Shown here: positions 1 through 10,700 of the stretch, piece by piece
Layout of the letters: every line of letters begins with the position of its first letter
How positions within the stretch are numbered: the first letter of the stretch is position 1
Origin: an uncultured delta proteobacterium
GTDB taxonomy: Bacteria > Desulfobacterota > Binatia > UBA9968
Reading direction: 5' to 3'
DNA length: 64,000 bases
Assembly (NCBI GenBank): GCA_963771465.1
Contig: CAVYTU010000017.1
Span: 224,001 to 288,000, forward strand
Position numbers and translations under genes: made by a program
Notes under the pieces: generated by a model
Told to the model about the DNA's origin: nothing
Database searches by the model: none
What the model saw: only the letters and a program-made list of their open reading frames with translations

Positions 1-723
1 CGACAGCGAATGAAACTCGACGCCGACTTCGCGCGCGCCGTCGACTTCGAGAAAACTCATGGGCCGGTAGCCGTCGTAGCCCATTTCCGTATAGGCGGCG
101 TCGTGGCAGACGATGACGTTATACTTATTGGCGAAATCGATCACCCGCAGGTAAAAATCCTTGTCCGCGACCGCCGCGGTGGGATTGTTCGGATAGTTGA
201 TCCAAAGCAGTTTGGCTTGCTTGGCTACATCCGCTGGGATGGCATCGAGGTCCGGTAGAAATTGATTTTCTTTCCTGAGCGGCAAAAAGTAATTTTTGCC
301 GCCGCTAAATGCCGTGCCGATGTGATAAACTGGGTAACAAGGGCTCGATACCAACACAACATCGCCGGGATCGACGAAGGCGACCGCCATATTGCCGATG
401 CCTTCCTTGGAACCGATCAGCGAGACGACTTCTTTTGCCGGATCTAAGGTCACCTTGAAACGGGATTGATACCAGTTGCTGACGGCTTGGCGGAACTCGC
501 CCATGCCCGAACTGCTTGGATAACGGTGATTAACCGGTTTGCTGGCACCCTCCAAGAGCTTTTCCACGACCACTGATGGTGTTGGAATATCCGGATCGCC
601 GACGCCAAGATCGATCAAATCGACCCCGCGTGACATGGCTTCGCGTTTGCGGCGGTCGATCTCAGCGAAGAGGTACGGCGGCAACTCGTTGATTCTTCGG
701 GCCTTTTTTATTGCGATAGGCAA
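1..723 (-). CDS. dapL: LL-diaminopimelate aminotransferase (5' part; runs off the window start)
   Basis: Manual translation from TTG at 723 (SD GGAGG upstream): MPIAIKKARRINELPPYLFAEIDRRKREAMSRGVDLIDLGVGDPDIPTP...VEFHSLS; not in the ORF track. Confidence 0.85.
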   Translation of the reverse strand, partial: MPIAIKKARRINELPPYLFAEIDRRKREAMSRGVDLIDLGVGDPDIPTPSVVVEKLLEGASKPVNHRYPSSSGMGEFRQAVSNWYQSRFKVTLDPAKEVVSLIGSKEGIGNMAVAFVDPGDVVLVSSPCYPVYHIGTAFSGGKNYFLPLRKENQFLPDLDAIPADVAKQAKLLWINYPNNPTAAVADKDFYLRVIDFANKYNVIVCHDAAYTEMGYDGYRPMSFLEVDGAREVGVEFHSLS

Positions 724-834
724 TGCTTTCAAACCTCCAATTGAAAATCGCCACGGTTGTACCTGTTTTTTATATTTTTGACAACCACAAAGGAAAAACG
801 CATTGTGACCAGGCAGATGGGAAACCCTTAAAGC

Positions 835-1332
835 ATGGATGTTATTATCGATGGCTACAACCTAATCGGCAGCGACCAAGGGCTCCAGGGAGCGCTGGAA
901 CATAAGCGAAACTGGCTGGTTCAGCAGCTTCAACGCTATCAAAAACTCAAACAGTTCAACGTGATCGTCGTGTTCGACGGCTGGCGGACCGGTTCAGCCA
1001 ACGAAACCAGCGAAAAGACCGCCGGGGTTTCAATAATTTACTCGCGCATCGGTGAAAAAGCTGATCAAGTCATCATTCGTATCGCTCGAGAAAAAGGCAG
1101 TGGCGCGGTAGTCGTTAGCTCGGATCGTGAAATTCGCAATGCGGTGGAGCGCGGCGGCGCCGTGGCAATTCATGCGGGTGAGTTCATGCAAATCTTAAAA
1201 AGCATCGATGGCGTCAGATTCGAGGATGACATTGACGACGCCTATGAAGTTGCAGATAAGCGTGGCAATCCCAACCGCCTCGGCAAAGCCGAGCGCAAGC
1301 GCCTCGACAAGCTAAAAAGACTAAAGCTGTGA
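835..1332 (+). CDS. NYN domain (YacP/Rae1-like) ribonuclease
   Basis: IIDGYNL, VVFDG, ADQVI, VVSSDREI motifs. Confidence 0.85.
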   Translation: MDVIIDGYNLIGSDQGLQGALEHKRNWLVQQLQRYQKLKQFNVIVVFDGWRTGSANETSEKTAGVSIIYSRIGEKADQVIIRIAREKGSGAVVVSSDREIRNAVERGGAVAIHAGEFMQILKSIDGVRFEDDIDDAYEVADKRGNPNRLGKAERKRLDKLKRLKL

Positions 1333-1393
1333 TGCAGTTCTGAAATTTGGAATCATCATCGCAGTGACGGTTGCGGCATGCTAGCACTAGAAA

Positions 1394-2044
1394 TTATTTG
1401 CTGCTTGGCCGTTCAACGGCAGTCAAAAGCCCGTTTTGGAAATTGAGGATTGAACCATCGGCGTAGAACCAGCGTTCTTCTTTAACGGAGGTTACGCCGC
1501 GTCGGTTCACAACCCGTTTTGGCGCACCTAAGACCCGTTTTACCTCGCCGCTGCTGAGTCCAGGTGTCGCGTGTCGCTTGATAGCCGCCTGTTTGACGGC
1601 GGCTGACCAAGGTTGCGCCTGAATCCAATCGACGCGCTTCTTGTCTTCTACGGCAAATTCCTCCGCCTTGCGTTTTTCATTAGCCTTCGGATCGGCCGTG
1701 GCAATCGTTGCGTTTAGCTCTTCGTGAAATGCATCCGGTTTCATGTAGCCAACTTTGCCCGATGCGAACTTCACTTTGTAATAGGGATTTTTCTGCGCTC
1801 GTCCGACGAGCTCGGTGATCTCAAACGAATCGTTGTCGACAGCTTGAAAATTTGCCGCGTTGGGTGCCGGAGCGGCGAGGAAAACCGGTAATTTGCCATT
1901 CACGGCCGTGATCCAAAACTCGCTGCCGACCCGTCCCGCCAGCGCATCCATTTGTTTTTCCGTGTAGTGATTGGAGGCAAATGCCCAACCTGAAAGATCG
2001 CTCAGGGCCAGCAGAATGAAAATGATTTTGAATGACCTAAGCAT
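1394..2044 (-). CDS. Exported hypothetical protein
   Basis: 216-aa ORF with signal-peptide-like N-terminus; C-terminal GLSSGEVKRVLGAP...ERWFY resembles a BamE/SmpA-like module. Confidence 0.65.
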   Translation of the reverse strand: MLRSFKIIFILLALSDLSGWAFASNHYTEKQMDALAGRVGSEFWITAVNGKLPVFLAAPAPNAANFQAVDNDSFEITELVGRAQKNPYYKVKFASGKVGYMKPDAFHEELNATIATADPKANEKRKAEEFAVEDKKRVDWIQAQPWSAAVKQAAIKRHATPGLSSGEVKRVLGAPKRVVNRRGVTSVKEERWFYADGSILNFQNGLLTAVERPSSK

Positions 2045-2220
2045 GACTCGATGGATTAGACGATGGCGAAACGGTTTTGCTTACGCTGATTCAGCCAAGC
2101 TAAAAAAAACATCGCGCGAAGGTCCGAGCGTGTTGATAATCGAGCGGACTACTGCGGACGGCTAAAGCTGGATGTTGATGTCACCAATTTGCCACTACCA
2201 ACAACTACCTATGAAAAAAA

Positions 2221-2297
2221 TGGTTGCGGGGCCGGGATTTGAACCCGGGACCTCAAGGTTATGAGCCTTGCGAGCTACCAGACTGCTCCACCCCGCG
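2221..2297 (-). tRNA. tRNA-Met (CAT), initiator-like
   Basis: CGCGGGGTGGAGCAGTCTGGTAGCTCGCAAGGCTCATAACCTTGAGGTCCCGGGTTCAAATCCCGGCCCCGCAACCA; cloverleaf, C1:A72 mismatch, encoded CCA. Confidence 0.95.
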
Positions 2298-2316
2298 ATA
2301 AGAATTTCGAGTGATC

Positions 2317-2345
2317 TTTGTACCTTGCGCTTTCCACGGAGTCAA
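2317..2345 (-). promoter_or_regulatory. Putative sigma70 promoter of tRNA-Met
   Basis: TTGACT-N17-TACAAA on the minus strand just upstream of the tRNA. Confidence 0.5.
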
Positions 2346-2359
2346 GGTAGTGAAGCTCA

Positions 2360-2782
2360 ATGAGTGAAAAATTGCGCAATCCACTGCTCACCGTCGATAT
2401 CATCGTTGAAGTAAACGGCGGCATCGTTCTGATCGAAAGAAAAAATATTCCCCATGGCTGGGCGATCCCTGGCGGGTTTGTCGACTACGGGGAGAGTATT
2501 GAAACCGCGGCGCTGCGTGAGGCGAAGGAAGAAATCTCCCTTGATGTTGTTCTAACCGATCAGTTCCATACTTATTCCAATCCGAACCGGGACCCACGCC
2601 ATCACACCGTGTCAACGGTTTTCATTGCGACTGCGAATGGCACTCCTCGTGGTGCCGACGACGCCAAAGTAGCGCGGCTGTTTCGCGAGGACGATTTGCC
2701 CCAACCGATCGTGTTCGATCACAAACAAATCCTGCGCGACTATTTCGTATTCAAAAAGACCGGCCGACGACCGCAGCCGTGA
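2360..2782 (+). CDS. NUDIX hydrolase
   Basis: Nudix box [24 protein letters not shown]; RDPRHH motif. Confidence 0.9.
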   Translation: MSEKLRNPLLTVDIIVEVNGGIVLIERKNIPHGWAIPGGFVDYGESIETAALREAKEEISLDVVLTDQFHTYSNPNRDPRHHTVSTVFIATANGTPRGADDAKVARLFREDDLPQPIVFDHKQILRDYFVFKKTGRRPQP

Positions 2783-2792
2783 TGCGAACTCA

Positions 2793-3989
2793 TTAGCTGA
2801 GCTTGGCGACCGCGTCGCGAATGCGCGCGCAACCCTTCTCGATGTCTGGGAGCGATGTCGCGTAGGAGAAGCGAATATGCTCGCGGGAACCGAAATCTTC
2901 GCCCGGCACGCCGGCGACTTTGGCCGCTTCGAGCAAGTAGTCGGCAAGGTCGCACGGCGATGCGAGTTTCTTGCCATTTCCCATCTTGCCTAACAAGCCG
3001 GCGATGTTGGGAAAGACATAGAACGCGCCTTCCGGTTTGAGGCAGCGAATGCCCGGGATCGCGTTCAGCCGCTCGACGATCACGTCGCGGCGTTTGTGAA
3101 ATTCCTTGACCATTATCGTCACCGTGTCCTGCGGTCCGCGGATCGCTTCCAACGCCGCCGCTTGAGCGATGGAGGTGGGGTTAGAGGTGGATTGGCTCTG
3201 AATTTTTGCCGATGCGGCGATAACATCGCTCGGGCCGAGGGCGTAACCGATGCGCCAACCGGTCATGGCGTAAGTCTTCGACACGCCGTTGATGAGGAGC
3301 GTGCGCTCGCGCAGCGCCGGGCACAGCGCGACAAGATTGTGAATCTCAAAGCCGTCGTAAACAATCTTCTCGTAAATATCGTCAGCGAAAATAAGACAGT
3401 CGTGCTTTTCCAGAATCGCGCCGATGGCGAGCAGTTCGTCGCGATTGTAGCTCGCGCCGGTGGGATTGCACGGACTGTTCAAGAAGAAGACGCGTGTCTT
3501 TGGCGTCAGCGCCGCTTGGAGTTGTTCGGGTTTGATTCGAAACGCGCTCGCCTCAGTAGTCGGGATCAACTTTGGCGCGCCGCCGGCGAGTAAAGCCATA
3601 TCCGAGTAGCTCACCCAATAGGGCGCGGGAATCAGCACTTCGTCGCCCGGATTGACCACCGCTTGTAGCAGATTATAAATCGAGTGCTTGGCGCCGCAGC
3701 TCACGATGACGTCTTCTTTGCGGTAGCTCAGGCCGTATTCCTTTTGATATTTTTGCGCGATCGCTTCGCGCAAGGGCTCGATGCCTTTAACATCGGTATA
3801 TTTCGTCATGCCTTTGCCGAGCGCCTCGATCGCCGCCGCTTTGATAGGTTCCGGCGTGTCGAAGTCCGGTTCACCGGCGGAGAAATTGACGACATCGACG
3901 CCTTCGGCGCGGAGTTTTCCTGCTTTGGCGGCGATCGCCAAGGTCACCGACGGTTTGACGAGACTCGTGCGTTCAGCGAGCTTTGTCAT
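2793..3989 (-). CDS. aspC: Class I PLP-dependent (aspartate) aminotransferase
   Basis: GEPDFDTP, NSPCNPTG, DDIY, SKTYAMTGWRIG motifs. Confidence 0.9.
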   Translation of the reverse strand: MTKLAERTSLVKPSVTLAIAAKAGKLRAEGVDVVNFSAGEPDFDTPEPIKAAAIEALGKGMTKYTDVKGIEPLREAIAQKYQKEYGLSYRKEDVIVSCGAKHSIYNLLQAVVNPGDEVLIPAPYWVSYSDMALLAGGAPKLIPTTEASAFRIKPEQLQAALTPKTRVFFLNSPCNPTGASYNRDELLAIGAILEKHDCLIFADDIYEKIVYDGFEIHNLVALCPALRERTLLINGVSKTYAMTGWRIGYALGPSDVIAASAKIQSQSTSNPTSIAQAAALEAIRGPQDTVTIMVKEFHKRRDVIVERLNAIPGIRCLKPEGAFYVFPNIAGLLGKMGNGKKLASPCDLADYLLEAAKVAGVPGEDFGSREHIRFSYATSLPDIEKGCARIRDAVAKLS

Positions 3990-4495
3990 CTCGACGTTCC
4001 TGAATGCTTGAATTTCTCTCTGAGCTTCGCCAGCACGTTATCCGGCACCAGACCGGAAACATCGCCACCCAGACTGGCAACTTCTTTGACCAATCGGGAG
4101 CTGGTGTAGAATTCCGATTCGCCGGTCATCATGAAGAAGGTTTCCAGTTTGGGCTTGAGCCGGTGATTCATCATCGCCATTTGGAATTCATATTCAAAAT
4201 CAGATATCGCCCGCAGGCCGCGGATGACCACGGTCGAGCCTTTGCGCTCGGCGTAGTCAACCAGCAATCCTTGAAAGGAGTCAGCCTTAACTCGGCCGTG
4301 CAGCGGCGCGAAGACTTCGTTGACCATGTCGATTCGTTCTTGCAGGCCAAAAAGCGAGCGATCCTTTTCCGGATTGCTGGCGATGGCGACGATCACTTTA
4401 TCGAAGACGCGCAAGGTGCGTGTGACCAAATCGACGTGCCCATTGGTGATTGGATCGAAGGAGCCGGGGTAGATCGCGAGATCGCTATTTGCCAT
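3986..4495 (-). CDS. coaD: Pantetheine-phosphate adenylyltransferase
   Basis: YPGSFDPITNGH, IRGLRAISDFEYE, SSRLVKE. Confidence 0.97.
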   Translation of the reverse strand: MANSDLAIYPGSFDPITNGHVDLVTRTLRVFDKVIVAIASNPEKDRSLFGLQERIDMVNEVFAPLHGRVKADSFQGLLVDYAERKGSTVVIRGLRAISDFEYEFQMAMMNHRLKPKLETFFMMTGESEFYTSSRLVKEVASLGGDVSGLVPDNVLAKLREKFKHSGTSR

Positions 4496-4505
4496 GTGTT
4501 CGTCC

Positions 4506-5078
4506 TTAAACCGGTTGATTCGGAGTTGCCGCTAATACAAAGAATGACAGGAGAGTATCACCATAACGTCTTTGGTCATTCAAGACGAGATGGTCATACT
4601 GGGATTTCACGGCCTCACGAGCGCTGTGTTCCGCAACTACCTTGCCGGTGGCGGTCAGCGCATTATTTTGGGCAAGCGTTTTGAGTGTGGTGCCGACCAA
4701 CTCGCGGTCGTAGGGCGGATCGAGAAATATCAGATCAAAGCGTTCGCCCGACTTCGCGAGCTTCCGTAGCGAGCGCGCTACCGGTGCGGTCCACACTTGT
4801 GCGCGCTCGTTCAGACTGAGCCGACGGAGATTTTCTCGGATAACCGCTGTCGCGCGCGGCGATTCGTCGACGAGTACCGCGATTGCCGCGCCGCGGCTTA
4901 GCGCTTCGATGCTGACGTTGCCGCTGCCGGCGAAAAGATCGAGGACTCGCATACCGGAAAAGTCATGCGGCAAGATATTAAACAGCGACTCTTTGACCCG
5001 CGCCGCGGTGGGACGGGTCGCCTGCCCTTTAGGAACTTTTAGCCGGCGTCCGCGCGCCGCGCCCCCGATGACTCGCAT
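4506..5078 (-). CDS. rsmD: 16S rRNA m2G966 methyltransferase
   Basis: MRVIGGAARGRRL, TRPT, LDLFAGSG, FLDPPY; adjacent to coaD. Confidence 0.95.
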   Translation of the reverse strand: MRVIGGAARGRRLKVPKGQATRPTAARVKESLFNILPHDFSGMRVLDLFAGSGNVSIEALSRGAAIAVLVDESPRATAVIRENLRRLSLNERAQVWTAPVARSLRKLAKSGERFDLIFLDPPYDRELVGTTLKTLAQNNALTATGKVVAEHSAREAVKSQYDHLVLNDQRRYGDTLLSFFVLAATPNQPV

Positions 5079-5121
5079 AAATTTCTACTGATCCGTAGGA
5101 TTCGCCCAACCGCGATCGCCG

Positions 5122-6129
5122 CTAGGATTCGATGCGTAATACGACCTTGCCGAACACACTATCTTGCGCCAGCCGCTGTTCTGCTAGCGCGGTGGCGTCG
5201 TATGGAACGACTCGATCGATGATCGGTTGGGTGCCCGTGACATCGAGAAAGCTCAGCACCTGGCGAAATTCCTCGCGGCTGCCGAGTGTCGCCCCGAACA
5301 CTTTCAAGTCGTTCCAAAAAATCCGCCGTAGATCAGTGGGTGGCGCGGCGCCGGCGGCGGCGCCTGAAGTCACTAGCCGCCCGCCTTTTGCGAGCGACGC
5401 AAGACTTTTCACCCAGCCATCGCCGCCAACGCAGTCAAGCACCACGTCGACGCCGCGTTTGTTAGTAAGATGGCGAACCTCCTTGGCGAAGTCTGCATTA
5501 TGGCGATTAATGCCATGTTCAGCGCCGAGATTCTTGGCTTTGGCAAGCTTCGCTTCGCTCTTTGACGTTACGATTATCCGCGCTCCCAAATATTTCGCTA
5601 ACTGCAACGCGGCGGTGGTGACGCCGCTGCCAATATCCACGAGCAATATCCACTGACCCGGTTTTAGCTCGGCGATGGTAACCAGCATGCGCCAGGCGGT
5701 GAGAAACGCCGTGGGAAAGGCGGCGGCTTGGGCCAATGAAAATCCCGCGGGGACAGCGAAGCCATTGTGCGCCGGCAGGCGGACGAACTTGGTGCACGGC
5801 GCAATTCCGCTCATATCAGCGCACATGAATTCACGGTCGTTGACGCAATATTCGCACGCACCACAACCGAAACAAGGATAAAGACATACCGCGTCCCCCG
5901 GTTTAAGATTTTTCACAGCGCTGCCAACGGCGATGACGATGCCGGCGCCGTCGGCGCCGAGCATTTCAGGCGACGGCGAGCTCTCGCCAGCTTCTTCCCG
6001 GCGCAGGCAAATATCACTATCGTTCAGTCCTACCGCCTTGAGTTCGACGACGGCATCGCCGGGCGACTCGATTGCCGCCAGAGCGCGCGTTCCATCGGGC
6101 AAATGGTCGAGGCCACTTTGCTGGTACAT
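5122..6129 (-). CDS. MDR-family zinc-binding dehydrogenase / quinone oxidoreductase-like
   Basis: GADGAG, CGACEYC...C structural Zn site, FLTAWRML, FGKVVL; start may lie slightly upstream. Confidence 0.8.
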   Translation of the reverse strand: MYQQSGLDHLPDGTRALAAIESPGDAVVELKAVGLNDSDICLRREEAGESSPSPEMLGADGAGIVIAVGSAVKNLKPGDAVCLYPCFGCGACEYCVNDREFMCADMSGIAPCTKFVRLPAHNGFAVPAGFSLAQAAAFPTAFLTAWRMLVTIAELKPGQWILLVDIGSGVTTAALQLAKYLGARIIVTSKSEAKLAKAKNLGAEHGINRHNADFAKEVRHLTNKRGVDVVLDCVGGDGWVKSLASLAKGGRLVTSGAAAGAAPPTDLRRIFWNDLKVFGATLGSREEFRQVLSFLDVTGTQPIIDRVVPYDATALAEQRLAQDSVFGKVVLRIES

Positions 6130-6263
6130 ATTATTAACGGCTTGCAGAACGATTCCTTAGAGAATTTGGCTAGCAGGATCGCGCGGTAAATTCAAAGCGT
6201 CGGACATAACAAGGCTGGGAACGATCAGCGGCGCGCTCACTGCGGCGCTGATTGGCTGGCGCG

Positions 6264-6611
6264 TTAAGCGGAAAAAGAGGTGCCGCAACCGCAGGTCGCG
6301 GTGGCGTTAGGATTGCTGAACTTAAAACCACCGCCGTAGAGGCCGGTCTCAAAGTCGATGACCATGCCCTGTAAGAACGGCGCGCTGGCGCTGTCGATGT
6401 AAACTCTGACGCCACTCCACTCGAGCACGGTGTCATCAGATTTTTGTTCTTTGTCGAAGTCGAGCTTGTAGGAGTGGCCGGAGCAGCCGCCGTCAGTCAC
6501 GGCTACACGTAAAGCCTGGCCGGCGCGGTCGTCGCGCGCAAGGAGCTTTCTAACCTGCTCGATGGCGGTCTCGGTCAGCGTCAGGTCTAATGCGGTGTCG
6601 GTGGTTTCCAT
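6264..6611 (-). CDS. A-type Fe-S carrier protein (IscA/ErpA/SufA family)
   Basis: GGCSG and NPNATATCGCGTSF motifs. Confidence 0.93.
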   Translation of the reverse strand: METTDTALDLTLTETAIEQVRKLLARDDRAGQALRVAVTDGGCSGHSYKLDFDKEQKSDDTVLEWSGVRVYIDSASAPFLQGMVIDFETGLYGGGFKFSNPNATATCGCGTSFSA

Positions 6612-6632
6612 GGCTTTGTCCTTGATGACTTA

Positions 6633-6661
6633 AGGTTAATGCCGGTGTGGCTGCAAGTCAA
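6633..6661 (-). promoter_or_regulatory. Putative sigma70 promoter of the A-type carrier gene
   Basis: TTGACT-N17-TAACCT on the minus strand. Confidence 0.45.
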
Positions 6662-6679
6662 GGAAGCTTCGAGTCGGGC

Positions 6680-7606
6680 TTAGCGGTCGAACAGGGCCTG
6701 CACGAATTGGCGAGGGTTAAAGGGTTGCAGGTCTTCAACGTCTTCGCCGACGCCAATATACTTCACCGGCACGCCGAGCTCTTCTTGGATGCCGACGATG
6801 ACTCCCCCTTTGGCGGTGCCGTCGAGCTTGGTGAGCACGATGCCGGTGATCGCCGTCGCTTCTTTGAAGACGCGGGCTTGCTGCAAGCCGTTCTGGCCAG
6901 TGGTCGCGTCCAACACCAAGAGGGTTTCATGGGGCGCGTCGGGCTGCTCGCGCATGATCACCCGGCGGATTTTTTTTAGCTCTTCAACCAAATGCACTTT
7001 GGTGTGGAGCCGGCCCGCGGTGTCGATCAGCAAAACGTCGACGCCGCGGCTTTTCGCCGCTTGAACGCCGTCGAAGACAACGGCCGACGGGTCCGAGCCG
7101 GCCTTATGTTTGACGACATCGACGCCAACCCGTTGGCCCCAAATGTCGAGCTGTTCGACGGCGGCGGCGCGAAAGGTGTCCCCCGCGACCAACAAAACTT
7201 TTTTCCCGGCGCTGCGATACTGGGCGGCGAGTTTACCGATGGTCGTGGTCTTGCCGACACCGTTCACGCCGAGAAAAAGAATTACCCATGGCTTGACTGA
7301 CAGAGGTGCGATTCGCGGTGCTGACGTTGAGCCTTGGAGCATGTCGACCATCGCCGCTTGGAGACGCGCAGCCATTTCTTGGCCCAAGTCTTCGTCGCCA
7401 TTGGGCGATTGGCGGCGCAGCGCGTCCATCAATTTTTGCGTCGCTTTAACGCCAACATCGGCGGTGAGCAAGCTTTCTTCCATGGCGTCGAGAGAGGTTT
7501 CATCCCACTGGCGATTCTGGAAGATCGCGCCGATTTTTTCGACCCAGGTCTCACGGCTTTTAGTTAGGCCTTGCTTGAGCCGTTGAAAGAAAGAACCTTC
7601 TGCCAT
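6680..7606 (-). CDS. ftsY: Signal recognition particle receptor FtsY
   Basis: GVNGVGKTTT, DTFRAAA, DTAGR, TKLDGTAKGG. Confidence 0.97.
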   Translation of the reverse strand: MAEGSFFQRLKQGLTKSRETWVEKIGAIFQNRQWDETSLDAMEESLLTADVGVKATQKLMDALRRQSPNGDEDLGQEMAARLQAAMVDMLQGSTSAPRIAPLSVKPWVILFLGVNGVGKTTTIGKLAAQYRSAGKKVLLVAGDTFRAAAVEQLDIWGQRVGVDVVKHKAGSDPSAVVFDGVQAAKSRGVDVLLIDTAGRLHTKVHLVEELKKIRRVIMREQPDAPHETLLVLDATTGQNGLQQARVFKEATAITGIVLTKLDGTAKGGVIVGIQEELGVPVKYIGVGEDVEDLQPFNPRQFVQALFDR

Positions 7607-7784
7607 GCCTTGATACTGTTGGAAGCCCGGGTGAGAGTCAAACGGGGCACACGTGAAATCGCGCGCAGCACAAATTGCTGGCTAGGTATAGGTGTACTTC
7701 GGAGTCCCTTACGAGGCGCCGGACGAACGACAAAAATTCCCAATGACCTAGAGGATTTTATTCATGGCGCGGATTGCGCTTGTG

Positions 7785-10700
7785 TTATTGCATTCTGACG
7801 GAAACGACCTTGGAAACCCCAGGCTCCGCCATGGTGATGCCGTAAAGCATTTCGGCAGCCTGCATGGATTTCTTATTGTGCGTGACCATGATGAACTGCG
7901 AATACTCGCTCATCTCTTTGATCATGTCGTTGAACCGGTCGATGTTGGCGTCGTCGAGGGGCGCATCGACCTCATCGAGGAAGCAAAACGGACTCGGTTT
8001 CGTCAAAAAGATTGCAAACAGCAAGCTAACGGCCGTCAATGCTTTTTCGCCGCCGGAAAGTAACGTGATCGATTGGAGCTTCTTGCCGGGCGGCTGGACG
8101 ATGATGTCGACGCCGGTTTCGAGATAGTCGTTCTCGTCGGTGAGCACGAGCTTGGCCTTACCGCCGCGAAATAGCCGCGGAAAGATCGCCTCGAACTTTT
8201 CATTAATCGCTTCGAAACTTTCCTTGAAGCGCAGTCGGCAAATGCGGTTGAGCTTGACGATGGTTTGCTGCAAGTCGGCGATGGATTTTTCCAAATCCTC
8301 TTTTTGCTGGCTCATGAACTGAAAGCGCGTTGTCAGTTCTTCGTACTCGCCGATGGCGGCGAGATTGACTTCGCCCATACGCTCCAGCCGGCCGCGCAGA
8401 TCGTCGATCTCGCTAACCAGCTCGGCTTTCGACGGAGTATTCTCCGGCCATTCCACGATTAGCGTCTCTAGCTCCGCGTCGTATTTTTCGCGCAAATTAT
8501 CAGCGAGGTGCTGCAAATGGAGCCGCTGTTCAGCGAGGGTTAAGTGCAGGCCGTTCTTTTCTTCCTGGCAGGCTTCACTAAGAGGACGAAGCTCCTTGAT
8601 CGCTTCGCCGATCTCGGCGAGCTGCATGGAAATCGTGCGATAGCGTTGCCGTTCGGACTGCAAACGCGCTTCGAGATCTTGCAGTTCGATCCGGCTTTGG
8701 CCGAGCGCTTGTTCGGTTTGCGCCAGGTTCTGCTCGATGTCGCCGCGTTGCTGTTGGCAGTCGGCGAGACGTCCCTGCCGCGTCGCGATCTCGCTGGCGG
8801 TTTGTTCTTGCAGGGCGACCCGATTGGCGAGATTGACGTGCGTGTTGTCGCGCTTTTCGCCCAACGCGGCATTGCGAATGCGCGACTGGGTGACGGCACC
8901 CTCGGCGGTTTCTAGGTCTCGGCGCAAAGCCGTGTACTCGGCTTGCTTCTGGCTGAGCGCTTGCGCACGTTGTGCCTTCTCCTCGAGCCGCGCTTGGCTC
9001 ATGCTGCGGTTGCGCTGCAACTCGTCGTCAAGCAGCTGGATCGTGGTCGTCAGATCGCACTGTTCTTGCATCAACGCGCGCGCCGTTTGCGTCAAGCGCT
9101 CATGCTCTTGATTGGCGGCGCGGTTTTCGTGTTCGAGGCGTACGCGCTCGAGCTCCAGGCGGTGAACTTCGTTGCCGAGCAGAGTTTTTTTCGTCTCGGC
9201 TTGTTCGAGTTCCTGTTTGAGCTTTTCGATCTCACGTTCTTCGAAAGGCAATCGACCTTCGAGTTCGGTGAGCGTGCTACTGATTTCGCGAATGCGCCGC
9301 CGTTGGGCGAGCACGCTTCCTTCCAACGACGCGCCATTACCGCCAGAGACAATTCCCATGGGATCGATGACTTCGCCTTCAGGCGTGACCAGTGTGCTGT
9401 AGTAGCCGTTGCGATTCCACAGCGCGATGCCGGCCTGCAGATCGTGCACGACCATCACGTCGGCGAGCAGGTATTCGGCGACGTCGCGATAGCCCTCTTT
9501 GATCGAAACCATGTCAATCAGAGACGCAACGACCTCGGCCTCGCCGATGGGCAGCTCTTTATGCTGCTTGCGCTTCATCTCGCGCGGGATGAAGCTGCTC
9601 CGCCCAGAGGCTTCGGTCTTAAGATATTCGATCGCTTCGATGCCTTCGTCGTGGCCTTTGACGATGACGTATTGCAAGCGGTCGCCAAGCACTGCGGTGA
9701 GTGCTTTTTCGTATGATTCAGGCGCTTCGATTACGTCGGCAACCAGGCCGTAGATGCCGTTGGGCGCGCTATCGTGCTGCTTTTTCAGCATGATTGCGCG
9801 CACGCCTTCTTGATAGCCTTCGTAATTTCGCTGCAAGTCTTCCAAGGATACCAGGCGCGAATGATTCTCCTGGATTCGCGCCTTCAGCGTCGCGATTTTT
9901 TTCTCTTCGGCTTCTTTGGCTTGGCTGAGCGATTGAATGGACGCGTTGGCCAGAGACGCATCGAGCGTCCGGTTGCGCACGGCGTCGAGGCAAACCGCCA
10001 ACGCACCGGCGCTGTCGTTTTGCTTGGCCGCACACGCCGTCAATGCCACAGTTACCTGGTTGTGCTCCTCTTGGCATTGCGCCAATTGCCGGCTGATTTC
10101 GCTATGACGTTTTTCCTTGGCTAGGGTGTCATTATTGAGATAGGCGATTTGGTTGGCGCACTCGATGGACGCTTCCTTCTCGCCCTCGATGTCAGCCTGG
10201 CGCCTGCCAAGCTCGGCTTGCAGTTTGCCGAGATCGTTTTCCTTGTCGCGTAGAAAGGTTGCTTCGAACAGCGATAGCTGGATGAAACTTTCCTGAGCTT
10301 TGTTAAGCTCGTCAATTTCCTGGGTCAGTGCTTTGGTGCGCTCGTTGAGGGTTGACAGCGCCGCGCGGTTTTCCGCATCGGTTTGTTCGAGCTGGGAAAG
10401 ATCTTTGCGGTAAAATTCACACTTTTGCTCGTCGGTTTGGATTTGCGTGCGCCGTTGATAGACATTTTCCTGCTGCGCGCCGATTTCCTGGTCGGCTTCG
10501 AGCAACGCCAGCCGCACCACTTCGCTCTCGGCGTCTTTGGCATGGAGTTGGGCGAGCTGTTCGGCGAGTTGATTTTCCACGCCGCGCAGCCGGCTTTCTT
10601 GTTGGCCGATTTCCTGGTGAAAAGCGTCACGCTGCAAGACCGTAAATGCGAGTTCTTTGTCTTTTAGCTCGGCGCGCAAGGCGCGATAGCGCTCGGCTTT

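Noticed and set aside
2044-2297. tRNA-Met as the integration site of an island
   Set aside because: I saw no integrase and no duplicated tRNA 3' end in the window.
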